IMG/VR virus record: IMGVR_UViG_3300023174_000071
Location: 64,326-128,325 of that record
Reading direction: 5' to 3' (one strand)
Source of the DNA: a virus
DNA length: 64,000 nucleotides
Shown here: piece by piece, positions 56,612 through 64,000 of the stretch
Numbering within the stretch: the stretch's first letter is position 1
How the letters are laid out: every line of letters begins with the position of its first letter
Position numbers and translations under genes: made by a program
The notes under the pieces: generated by a model
Database searches by the model: none
What the model was told of the DNA's origin: nothing
The model's input: the letters and a program-made list of their open reading frames with translations, nothing else

Positions 56612-58963
56612 ATGAAAATCAAAGAAGCGTTAAGAAAACTTTATGATATCTCCAAAGAATACGCCATCGACACTCCATATGTTGTTGGCGGTATTCCAAG
56701 AGACATTTATATTGGCGAACAAATAAAAACAAAAGATATTGATATTACGACCAATACTGCTGACGTTTTAATGTTGGCTATTTTGTTTTCTCAAAAAACG
56801 GGATTAAAATTAACGCTTCTTGAAGATGGCCATGCTATTGTTTTTTCTGATGATTTTAAATTAGATTTTTCGACGCACACCATTTACCCTGAAGTGGTTG
56901 AGCATTTGCAGCCTGTCGGTTCGGATTTAGATGTAAAAATGTATGAAGTATTTAGTCGAGACTTTACGATAAATACTTTACACATGCATCCTTTAACCCA
57001 AGATATTCTTGATCCGACGAACAAAGGTATAGCCGATATTAAGGCGAAGATTATTAGAACCCCTGTGCCCGCTGAGATTACTTTATCAGCGGATCCTAGA
57101 CGAGCCTTTCGTGCAATAAAATTCGCCGTTCAATATGGTTTCGATATCGATTCAGATATTTCATCTTTTTGTAATGATAATTTTGAATTATTTAAGAATA
57201 GCGATATTGATTCATTTATCCTTGACACTATTGATGCTTCCATGAAGATTGATGAAGATCGAACTGTCGCTTTGCTTAAGGAGATGGGATTATTCAAAGT
57301 TGTACCTTTAGCTGGAAAGCTTAAAGATTATTTAATTAAGAATCACTCCGTATTGGATTACTTTGAAGAAAAGCGTTCTGTTGCTTCTTCAAAAATTGGA
57401 TTAAAAAAGATATCCGAAGTTGTTGCTAAAAATTGGGAAGAATACGAAGCTCAAGGTCCGGATTTCAAAGAACTTGCAGATTTTTGGAAATTAAATTGGA
57501 GACAGATTCCTGGCATTTTAAGCTCTGATTATCAAAGCTGGAAGTCTTGGTATAAAAATCTTTTTAAGCAAGAGTGGTCTGAACAGCATAAAAATCCAAA
57601 AGAAGTATTGGATATGCTTCAACAATATATCTCTTCTAAATCTGGCCCATTACAATCTGTTATTGTGAAAGAATTAAAGGTCGGACCAGAAGTAGATCGA
57701 AAGCTTTTTGATGTTTCTTCTCATAGAGAAGTGAAAGGCATTCCGATTTCTGGAATCAAATGGTTCTCAAAAGATGATCGTGGAGTAGATTTATCTCCTC
57801 AATCTTTGAACTTCTTAGAGAAGCTTTCTGATAAGATTAATTTTCCTGTAGTTATAACATCAGGAACCCGAACGCTAAAAGAACAAGCTAAGGCTATGTG
57901 GAAAAATTTAAGAAGAGATGGATTCGCCCGATTGGTTGAATTATATCCGGACGCCTTAGTTAAAGATATGCAGTTTGCCAAGAGCGAAAAAGATATCGAA
58001 AATATATTGCTTGAGAAGCAAAATGAAATGCCAATCTCCGCCCATCTTTACGGTGAAGGTTTAGACTTCAGCATAAGAAATCTTTCTTCAGAAGAAAAAG
58101 TCGCCTTAATGAATGCGGCAAAAGAAGTGGGCTCTAGAGTTATTGATGAGCACAATCATATTCACGTTCAATTTGGAAAATTTGCTTCTGTTGAAAATGG
58201 AATTGTGAAAAAAGCAATTCATAGCTTTGTTGCCAAAAATTGGGAAGAGTATGAAGCCCAAGGCGAAAATTATAAAGACTTAGCTAACTATTGGAAAAAT
58301 AATTGGAATCAGATTCCGGGTGCAAAAAGTGATTCTTTTATTGATTGGAAAGATTGGTATAAAAATCAATTCCATGAGGCTTGGTCCGGCAAGCATAAAT
58401 CACCAGAGGAAGTTCTTCAGTTATTTAAAGTTCCGCAAAGTTTAGAGATGAAGCCTGAATCGACTCGAATGGAACCTGCATCTCAAGTGGTTAAAGAAAA
58501 AGTTGTTGAGTCAATTCACAAGCAGCTTTCACCAAAAGAGAACGCAGATATCATTATGAAGATATTTACTTCAAATGGTTTCAGCCAAAATATTGCAAAA
58601 GCGGCGATAGTAAATGCTCAAGCTGAGTCTGGTTTAAATAACCTAGCCATTGGTGACAGTGGACACTCTTTAGGTTTATTTCAATTAAATGATCGTGGCG
58701 CCGGTAGAAATATTGCCCTACCGATGGTTAACGGTGAACCTGATTTAAATGATCCAAGATTTGATCCAGAAAAAAATACATTAGAGATCATTAAAGAAAT
58801 CAACTCTCCTTATGGAAATAGATTAAAATTTGCTGACAAAAATAGGGAGCCTATTTCGGTTTTAAGTCAAATCTTCAGTGAGGATATTGAGCGACCAGCA
58901 GATAAGCGCCGTCAAGCAAGAGAGCGAAGAAATCTTTCTAGGAAACTTTTCCCCGAAGAATAA
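56612..58963 (+). CDS. CCA-adding/poly(A) polymerase-like NTase fused to M15-like peptidase and lysozyme-like domains
   Basis: VVGGIPRD, DIDI, RDFTIN, DP.R..RAIKF; ITSGTR...SAH......D...HIH; AESG...GD...S.GLFQ; two Trp-rich repeats. Confidence 0.8.
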   Translation: MKIKEALRKLYDISKEYAIDTPYVVGGIPRDIYIGEQIKTKDIDITTNTADVLMLAILFSQKTGLKLTLLEDGHAIVFSDDFKLDFSTHTIYPEVVEHLQPVGSDLDVKMYEVFSRDFTINTLHMHPLTQDILDPTNKGIADIKAKIIRTPVPAEITLSADPRRAFRAIKFAVQYGFDIDSDISSFCNDNFELFKNSDIDSFILDTIDASMKIDEDRTVALLKEMGLFKVVPLAGKLKDYLIKNHSVLDYFEEKRSVASSKIGLKKISEVVAKNWEEYEAQGPDFKELADFWKLNWRQIPGILSSDYQSWKSWYKNLFKQEWSEQHKNPKEVLDMLQQYISSKSGPLQSVIVKELKVGPEVDRKLFDVSSHREVKGIPISGIKWFSKDDRGVDLSPQSLNFLEKLSDKINFPVVITSGTRTLKEQAKAMWKNLRRDGFARLVELYPDALVKDMQFAKSEKDIENILLEKQNEMPISAHLYGEGLDFSIRNLSSEEKVALMNAAKEVGSRVIDEHNHIHVQFGKFASVENGIVKKAIHSFVAKNWEEYEAQGENYKDLANYWKNNWNQIPGAKSDSFIDWKDWYKNQFHEAWSGKHKSPEEVLQLFKVPQSLEMKPESTRMEPASQVVKEKVVESIHKQLSPKENADIIMKIFTSNGFSQNIAKAAIVNAQAESGLNNLAIGDSGHSLGLFQLNDRGAGRNIALPMVNGEPDLNDPRFDPEKNTLEIIKEINSPYGNRLKFADKNREPISVLSQIFSEDIERPADKRRQARERRNLSRKLFPEE
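57416..58422 (+). repeat. Two copies of a ~65-aa Trp-rich repeat (about 57416-57620 and 58229-58422)
   Basis: VAKNWEEYEAQG...K.LA..WK.NW.QIPG...WK.WYKN.F...WS..HK.P.EVL occurs twice. Confidence 0.85.
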
Positions 58964-59009
58964 TATTTTCTCTGCTAAATTAGTATGATAAATTGATAGG
59001 AGTTTTATT

Positions 59010-59408
59010 TTGCTTAGAGGCGATAAAAAACCATGCCCTTTTGGTCTTAAAATTCCAAGTGATTGTGAGACTATTGGTACAAAGGTTTTGACAATGCAAC
59101 CAAATGAGCCTTCATCAAATGAAATGAAGGAGCAAGCGAGGGTAAATCAATTACCTGGTTGCAATTTTTGCATTTACGCAAAAACAATATTTGCAGAGAA
59201 AAAAGCTGTAGATTGTGCGTTTAATGATGTTCCTCAAGATGTTACGGTTGGAACTGGAAATTTTTATCCTCATATTTTCATTGGAACGCAAACTCAGCCT
59301 ACTTCTATGAATTATTCCTCATCTTTCCATAGTGATAGTGCTTATCACGACAACAATTTAGACACTCAGATGTTTCCCGGTGCAATATCTTTTTATGGGA
59401 ATCACTAA
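59010..59408 (+). CDS. Cys-rich hypothetical protein
   Basis: AGGAG RBS, TTG start; CPFGL.IP..C motif; TGCTAAAT upstream. Confidence 0.65.
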   Translation: MLRGDKKPCPFGLKIPSDCETIGTKVLTMQPNEPSSNEMKEQARVNQLPGCNFCIYAKTIFAEKKAVDCAFNDVPQDVTVGTGNFYPHIFIGTQTQPTSMNYSSSFHSDSAYHDNNLDTQMFPGAISFYGNH

Positions 59409-59429
59409 TTTTGGCTTTAGGAGTCTTTT

Positions 59430-60455
59430 ATGAAAATCGCTAAAACTGCTCAACATACACTTGTACCTATGACGTCTTCTCATGTAGAACCTGTTGTAAT
59501 TCAATTTTCAGAAGAAGACGAGTCTCATGAGCATCCACATGCAGAATTTCATGAAATTGAAGTTCTTGATTCTCCTGTAGAATTTGAAGAAGAAATGGAT
59601 GAAGATTCTGTGGAATTTTCAGAAGAAGATCTAGAACAAACTCCAGCTGAAGTTGCGGAAGATATTGCCGAAACTGCTGACGAAATTGTTTCTGAGTATG
59701 GCGAAAGCGTTGTTGAGTTTGCGGAACAATTCTTTGATGAAGATGAGACTCTAGAAGATCTAGAGATGGATGTAAAAAGCTCCATTCCGGGTCTAGAAGG
59801 CGAACTCGAAGAAGAAGAGGAAGAAGAAAAGAAGGAAACCACTTGGGAAGATGACCGAGATGTTTCTAAATTCATGGATTATATCCACGCCTCTTATCCT
59901 ACAAAGATCCCACGCCATGATGGTAAGTCCATGATTGGTTGTGAGCGAGCCATGTTATTCTTAAATAAGATCAACAAGGAAATCTCTGAAGCTATCCGTA
60001 TGGATCATGACGGCCAGCTTGATGCAGAAGAACTAGAAGAAACCCGCATCAAGATTATGAAAGATCTTATTGTCCTAAAGAAGCACCTTAATGCTCTAAA
60101 AGAAAAAGTTCTTGAAGTTCGCGCATCAAACGAAGATGGCCTTGTTAAAGAAGCAGAATTAAACAAAACCGCCACAACTTCAATAATTCAAGTTGTTGCA
60201 ACGCCATTTGAGCGAGCCATCGTTGGCATCCTAATCAACGCTGTGGTTTCTGCTGGAAATTCCTTTGAAGATGTATTTGATTTCCTAAAGGAAAAATACA
60301 AGCTTAATGAACGTGAAGAGCTTGCGATTTTCCAACTTGTCATGGATAGCGGATATCACATTTACAAAGACCGTGGCGCTATTTCCGAAAAGGAATCTGC
60401 TGAAGATAAAAACGGAAAAGATGGCGTAGACTTCGTTCGCAACTATCTCGCCTAA
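59430..60455 (+). CDS. Acidic putative head/scaffold-like protein
   Basis: AGGAG RBS; AKTAQ and NKTAT motifs; very acidic N-terminal half. Confidence 0.65.
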   Translation: MKIAKTAQHTLVPMTSSHVEPVVIQFSEEDESHEHPHAEFHEIEVLDSPVEFEEEMDEDSVEFSEEDLEQTPAEVAEDIAETADEIVSEYGESVVEFAEQFFDEDETLEDLEMDVKSSIPGLEGELEEEEEEEKKETTWEDDRDVSKFMDYIHASYPTKIPRHDGKSMIGCERAMLFLNKINKEISEAIRMDHDGQLDAEELEETRIKIMKDLIVLKKHLNALKEKVLEVRASNEDGLVKEAELNKTATTSIIQVVATPFERAIVGILINAVVSAGNSFEDVFDFLKEKYKLNEREELAIFQLVMDSGYHIYKDRGAISEKESAEDKNGKDGVDFVRNYLA

Positions 60456-60464
60456 GGAGGCCTT

Positions 60465-61067
60465 ATGTCTTTTCGACGTATCGATCAAAAAGAATCCTAT
60501 AATGTTACGGCGGATTGGCTAAAGGATTTTGCAAATAAAATGTCTAAGGAAGGTAGCTTCCTAGACAATATCGGTGGAATCATTGAGCAAACGAAGAATA
60601 AATACGGCTCAATAGAAGAAAAAATGGTTGATATTCGCCAGCGTGTCGGTTTTGACACGTTGGCTTCCATTCGCGATTCAGAAGAAGAAAAGGTAGCAAC
60701 TGCATCCGGTCCTTGTTGTGACAAATGCGTAGATGGTCATTCTTGCAAAATCTCTACTGCTGGCAATCTAGATGTAGAGCAGATGAAAGCCATCCTAAGC
60801 TATGCAAAACAAATGATTCAAAAGAATCCGGATCCAAACCTATCTTCTGTTGCCGTAATTGAAGAATGCCGCTCTCGACCAGATTTAAATTGGAATAACT
60901 TAAAGATAAACGAGCAAAAATTCAAGCAGGCTGTTCAAACCGAAATTGAAAAAACAAGACCAGTTAACGTTTCAACGCCAGAATATGTAAGCCCCATTAC
61001 TGATTCAAGTTCAGAGCATCAGGATACTACAGCGGAATACTTCAGTCACAGCGCCCCTAAACTATAA
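60465..61067 (+). CDS. Hypothetical head-block protein
   Basis: AAGGAGG RBS; EKVATAS and CCDKC motifs. Confidence 0.65.
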   Translation: MSFRRIDQKESYNVTADWLKDFANKMSKEGSFLDNIGGIIEQTKNKYGSIEEKMVDIRQRVGFDTLASIRDSEEEKVATASGPCCDKCVDGHSCKISTAGNLDVEQMKAILSYAKQMIQKNPDPNLSSVAVIEECRSRPDLNWNNLKINEQKFKQAVQTEIEKTRPVNVSTPEYVSPITDSSSEHQDTTAEYFSHSAPKL

Positions 61068-61092
61068 GTCTTGTTGATTAAAACAATGAACC

Positions 61093-62874
61093 ATGACGAA
61101 AAGCAAAAAACAACAAGAGAGTGAATTATTTGATCAAATAAAATCCGGATTCTTAGATTATGATCCGGCTTATTATATTCAAAATAATTTAACATTAGAT
61201 GGAACTGAATTTCGAATCATCGGAAATGGTTGGAAATTTATGGCTGATATCTATCGTTATATCGGCCTTCAAGCGCCTCAGAAAAATGGCAAACCGGTTG
61301 TTATAAAAAAAGGTCGTCAGGTTGGTGCAACCATGATGGCTGGCGCTTTGGATTTATATTTTACGAATAGTGCTCTATTCTCCAAGCCAGCTATTCGTGT
61401 TGCTCATCTTTTCCCTGCTCTTGCTCACGTTAAAAAGTTTTCGCAAGATAAACTAGAGGGAATGATTCGAACGGCAAAAGGCGATGTTATCAATAAAAAT
61501 AAACTAAAATCGCAAAATGCTGTTGATAATTTAACCATGAAGCAATTCGAAAACGGAACTTTATGGATTGACGCTCTTGGCGCTGACGGCGACAGACTTC
61601 GTGGTATGACGATTGACGTGGCGCTTATTGACGAATTTCAAGATGCTTACCCATCTGCTGTTAATAACGTTTTGAAAACATTAACTGCCGCTAAGTATGG
61701 AAAGGCTGGTTCTGGTATTCAGGTGTTTTTCGGAACGCCAAAAGAAAGAGGTTCCTTATTTAATATTTATTGGGAACAATCTGATCAGCGCTATTATCAT
61801 TTGGGTTGCGTTGGTTGCGGCGAAACTTATCCATTTTATCTTCCAGAAGATGAGAGTTGGAAGAAAATTTGGTTGTATGGAAATGTTATTAAATGTCCTC
61901 TTTGTGGCGTCGAACAATCAAAAGTCGAAGCTATAGAAAAGGGCAAATGGGTTGCAACAAAAAACTTTGAAGATTGCAAGTTCGTTGGTTTTCATATCAA
62001 TCAGCTTTATGTTCCAAATCTTACAAAAGAATTTATTATGGAACAGATGCCGGAGAATAATCCGGCGCAAACAGAAAGAGTTTGGAATAACGAAGTTATT
62101 GGTGAATTTTATTCTGGCGCAGGGTTACCTCTAACCAAACAAGATATTTACGATCATTGTCGAGATGTTGATAGACATTTTGCAAAAAGAATTTCCGAAA
62201 GAGATAAGCCCGTATTTCTTGGCGTAGATTGGGGCGGCAAAGCTGAAGGTGATGATATCGAGCGGGGTCAATCCTTTTCTTGCGTTGTCATCCTCTCTGC
62301 TGACCATAACGGAACTCTTTATGTTGAACATGCTCATAAGTTACGAGAGCAAAGCTTTAATTATAAAAAAGAAACCATTCATGAGATGTATCGTCGCTTC
62401 GGCGTAAAGCGTGGTGTCTCTGACTGGTTCTTCGGTCAAGATGTTGTTCATGATTTGCAAATGTCTTATGGAGAAAAATTTCTGGGCGCTCAAGGTAGCG
62501 GAAATTTATTTAAGCCTCTTAAGTTTCGAGAGGATGAATTAATTGTCGCTTACAATAAGGATTTACTTATTGAAGAACTTTTTGATTTATTTAGAAAGGG
62601 AAAGATCCGATTTCCTTGGAAAAGCTATGAACATATCGAGTGGTTGATTGAACACTGCACTTCTATGGAGATGACGGTTAAAACAACAAACGGTCAACCT
62701 GTAAAGCATTATATAAAAGGTTCTACGCCAAACGACGGATTAATGGCGCTAATGTATGCATATATGGCATATAAGTTTGAATTAACAAAAGGTTTTTCGG
62801 TAAAACCTGGATTAGACAAACCGACAACTATGCCTAGACCAACTCTGGCTTACGCACCCAGATTGAGGAGTTAA
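61093..62874 (+). CDS. terL: Terminase large subunit (GpA-like)
   Basis: KKGRQVGAT Walker A, LIDEFQD Walker B, FGTP, SDQR.Y..C..C/CPLC, GFHINQL, LGVDWG and PNDG.MA motifs. Confidence 0.9.
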   Translation: MTKSKKQQESELFDQIKSGFLDYDPAYYIQNNLTLDGTEFRIIGNGWKFMADIYRYIGLQAPQKNGKPVVIKKGRQVGATMMAGALDLYFTNSALFSKPAIRVAHLFPALAHVKKFSQDKLEGMIRTAKGDVINKNKLKSQNAVDNLTMKQFENGTLWIDALGADGDRLRGMTIDVALIDEFQDAYPSAVNNVLKTLTAAKYGKAGSGIQVFFGTPKERGSLFNIYWEQSDQRYYHLGCVGCGETYPFYLPEDESWKKIWLYGNVIKCPLCGVEQSKVEAIEKGKWVATKNFEDCKFVGFHINQLYVPNLTKEFIMEQMPENNPAQTERVWNNEVIGEFYSGAGLPLTKQDIYDHCRDVDRHFAKRISERDKPVFLGVDWGGKAEGDDIERGQSFSCVVILSADHNGTLYVEHAHKLREQSFNYKKETIHEMYRRFGVKRGVSDWFFGQDVVHDLQMSYGEKFLGAQGSGNLFKPLKFREDELIVAYNKDLLIEELFDLFRKGKIRFPWKSYEHIEWLIEHCTSMEMTVKTTNGQPVKHYIKGSTPNDGLMALMYAYMAYKFELTKGFSVKPGLDKPTTMPRPTLAYAPRLRS

Positions 62875-62875
62875 A

Positions 62876-64000
62876 ATGTCAAATAGAAGAAGTACGTTGC
62901 CTCAAAATTCGCCTCAAGCTTTATCTAAGCATACGGTAAATTCGCTTTCAGAAGTTCGACGTGCTCAAATTTTGGATGCGGTAAATAAAGATTTGGATTC
63001 TGAAACTGCTTCAAAATATCCTGCTGCAGTTGTTCATAGTGCTGATTTTTCAAAAGGTTTAGTTAAGAAAGGTATGGTTGGTCCATTCGCTGCTCCAACT
63101 ACAACATCAAAAGTTGATCAACTTGCTCCAGATGTTTATTCTCCTTTATTTCAGCTTGCAAACTTAAACTTACCTCGTGATCGAATCACGATGAACGCTT
63201 GGAATCGAGTGTTCTATGATACGCATCCGTTGGTAAGAAATGCGGTTAACTTGCATGCATCATTCCCTATTAGCAAGATTAACATTACATGCAAGAGCAA
63301 AAAGGTTCAGCAGTTCTTCTTAGAAATGTCAGAAAAGCTGGATCTTTATTCTGTTGTATATGGTGCGGCGCTTGAATTCTGGAAGCATGGAGAATGTTTC
63401 CCTTATGCTGAACTAGATCGTCAAACGGGCACTTGGAAAAGAATTACGGTTCTAAATCCTGACTATGTCCACGTTAAAAAGACAATCATCGGTGATCAAT
63501 CTATTGTCTCTTTACGTCCGGATGCGAACTTAATTAAGATTGTATCTTCAAACAATCCTGCAGATATTGCGATGAAAAAGATGCTACCTCAGCATATTAT
63601 TGATTGCGTTAGAAAAGGGCAGAATATTCCTTTAGATAATCTAAATATTTCACATCTAAAGTTATTAAGCTCGCCATATGACGTAAGGGGTACTTCTATC
63701 TTAGTATCTGTTTACAAAGATCTTATGCTTTATGATAAGCTACGCGAATCAAAATTTGCTCAAGCAGACGGCATGATTAACCCAATGACGCTTGTGAAGT
63801 TGGGTGGAGCCGGAGAGTACCGACCAACGCAAGCTGATATTGATGCGTTTCGAGGCGTTCTTGAGGAAGCTCAATACGATAAAGATTTTAAATTAGTTAC
63901 GCATGATGGCGTCACCATTGAGCGAGTTGGATTCTCCGGCGCAACGATGGAGATTGCAGGCGATGTAGAAAAAATTATGGAAAATATCTACATCGGTCTA
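62876..64000 (+). CDS. Portal protein (truncated at window end)
   Basis: GAGGAG RBS; open to window end; FY..HPLVRNAV..H, GECF, LNPDYV and RGTSIL motifs; directly follows terL. Confidence 0.8.
   Translation, partial: MSNRRSTLPQNSPQALSKHTVNSLSEVRRAQILDAVNKDLDSETASKYPAAVVHSADFSKGLVKKGMVGPFAAPTTTSKVDQLAPDVYSPLFQLANLNLPRDRITMNAWNRVFYDTHPLVRNAVNLHASFPISKINITCKSKKVQQFFLEMSEKLDLYSVVYGAALEFWKHGECFPYAELDRQTGTWKRITVLNPDYVHVKKTIIGDQSIVSLRPDANLIKIVSSNNPADIAMKKMLPQHIIDCVRKGQNIPLDNLNISHLKLLSSPYDVRGTSILVSVYKDLMLYDKLRESKFAQADGMINPMTLVKLGGAGEYRPTQADIDAFRGVLEEAQYDKDFKLVTHDGVTIERVGFSGATMEIAGDVEKIMENIYIGL

Noticed and set aside
1-64000. Bacterial chromosome segment (groEL, recA, dnaE, lysS, purA, guaB)
   Set aside because: Housekeeping-like genes are divergent, lack their usual operon partners, and are mixed with many orphans, a gp32-like SSB, terminase and portal
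1-64000. Stop-codon reassignment
   Set aside because: Conserved genes are full length in the standard code and end in TAA, TAG and TGA with tight packing

Overview
This 64-kb window is best read as part of a large (jumbo-type) tailed bacteriophage genome. It is about 36% GC by eye, densely packed, uses the standard genetic code, and has almost all genes on the + strand. Order of content: (i) accessory genes (lipoprotein, UvsE, deaminase), then a dispersed RNA/tRNA repair and translation set (receiver-like phosphoesterase, ATP-grasp ligase, RlaP-like nucleotidyltransferase, LysRS, TrmH-type methyltransferase, second nucleotidyltransferase); (ii) GroEL-1 and a modular 1074-aa protein; (iii) purA, a DHH phosphoesterase, a guaB-like gene, a MoxR/VWA pair, an M16 peptidase, Hsp20, KhpA and HU; (iv) a replication/recombination block (primase Zn domain, SbcCD, Cas4-like nuclease, sigma factor, DnaE, UvsY-like, SSB, RuvC, GroEL-2, RecA, primase core); (v) a late/head block ending in the large terminase and a truncated portal gene. 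The most unusual observations are a CCA-adding-type nucleotidyltransferase fused to two cell-wall hydrolase domains, a recurrent K-x-A linker motif that marks module boundaries in apparent polyproteins, and a TRCTAWTW putative late promoter that also sits inside two ORFs ahead of in-frame nested starts. No tRNA, rRNA, CRISPR array, intein or transposase was recognised. All family calls come from motif recognition by eye, not from database searches.
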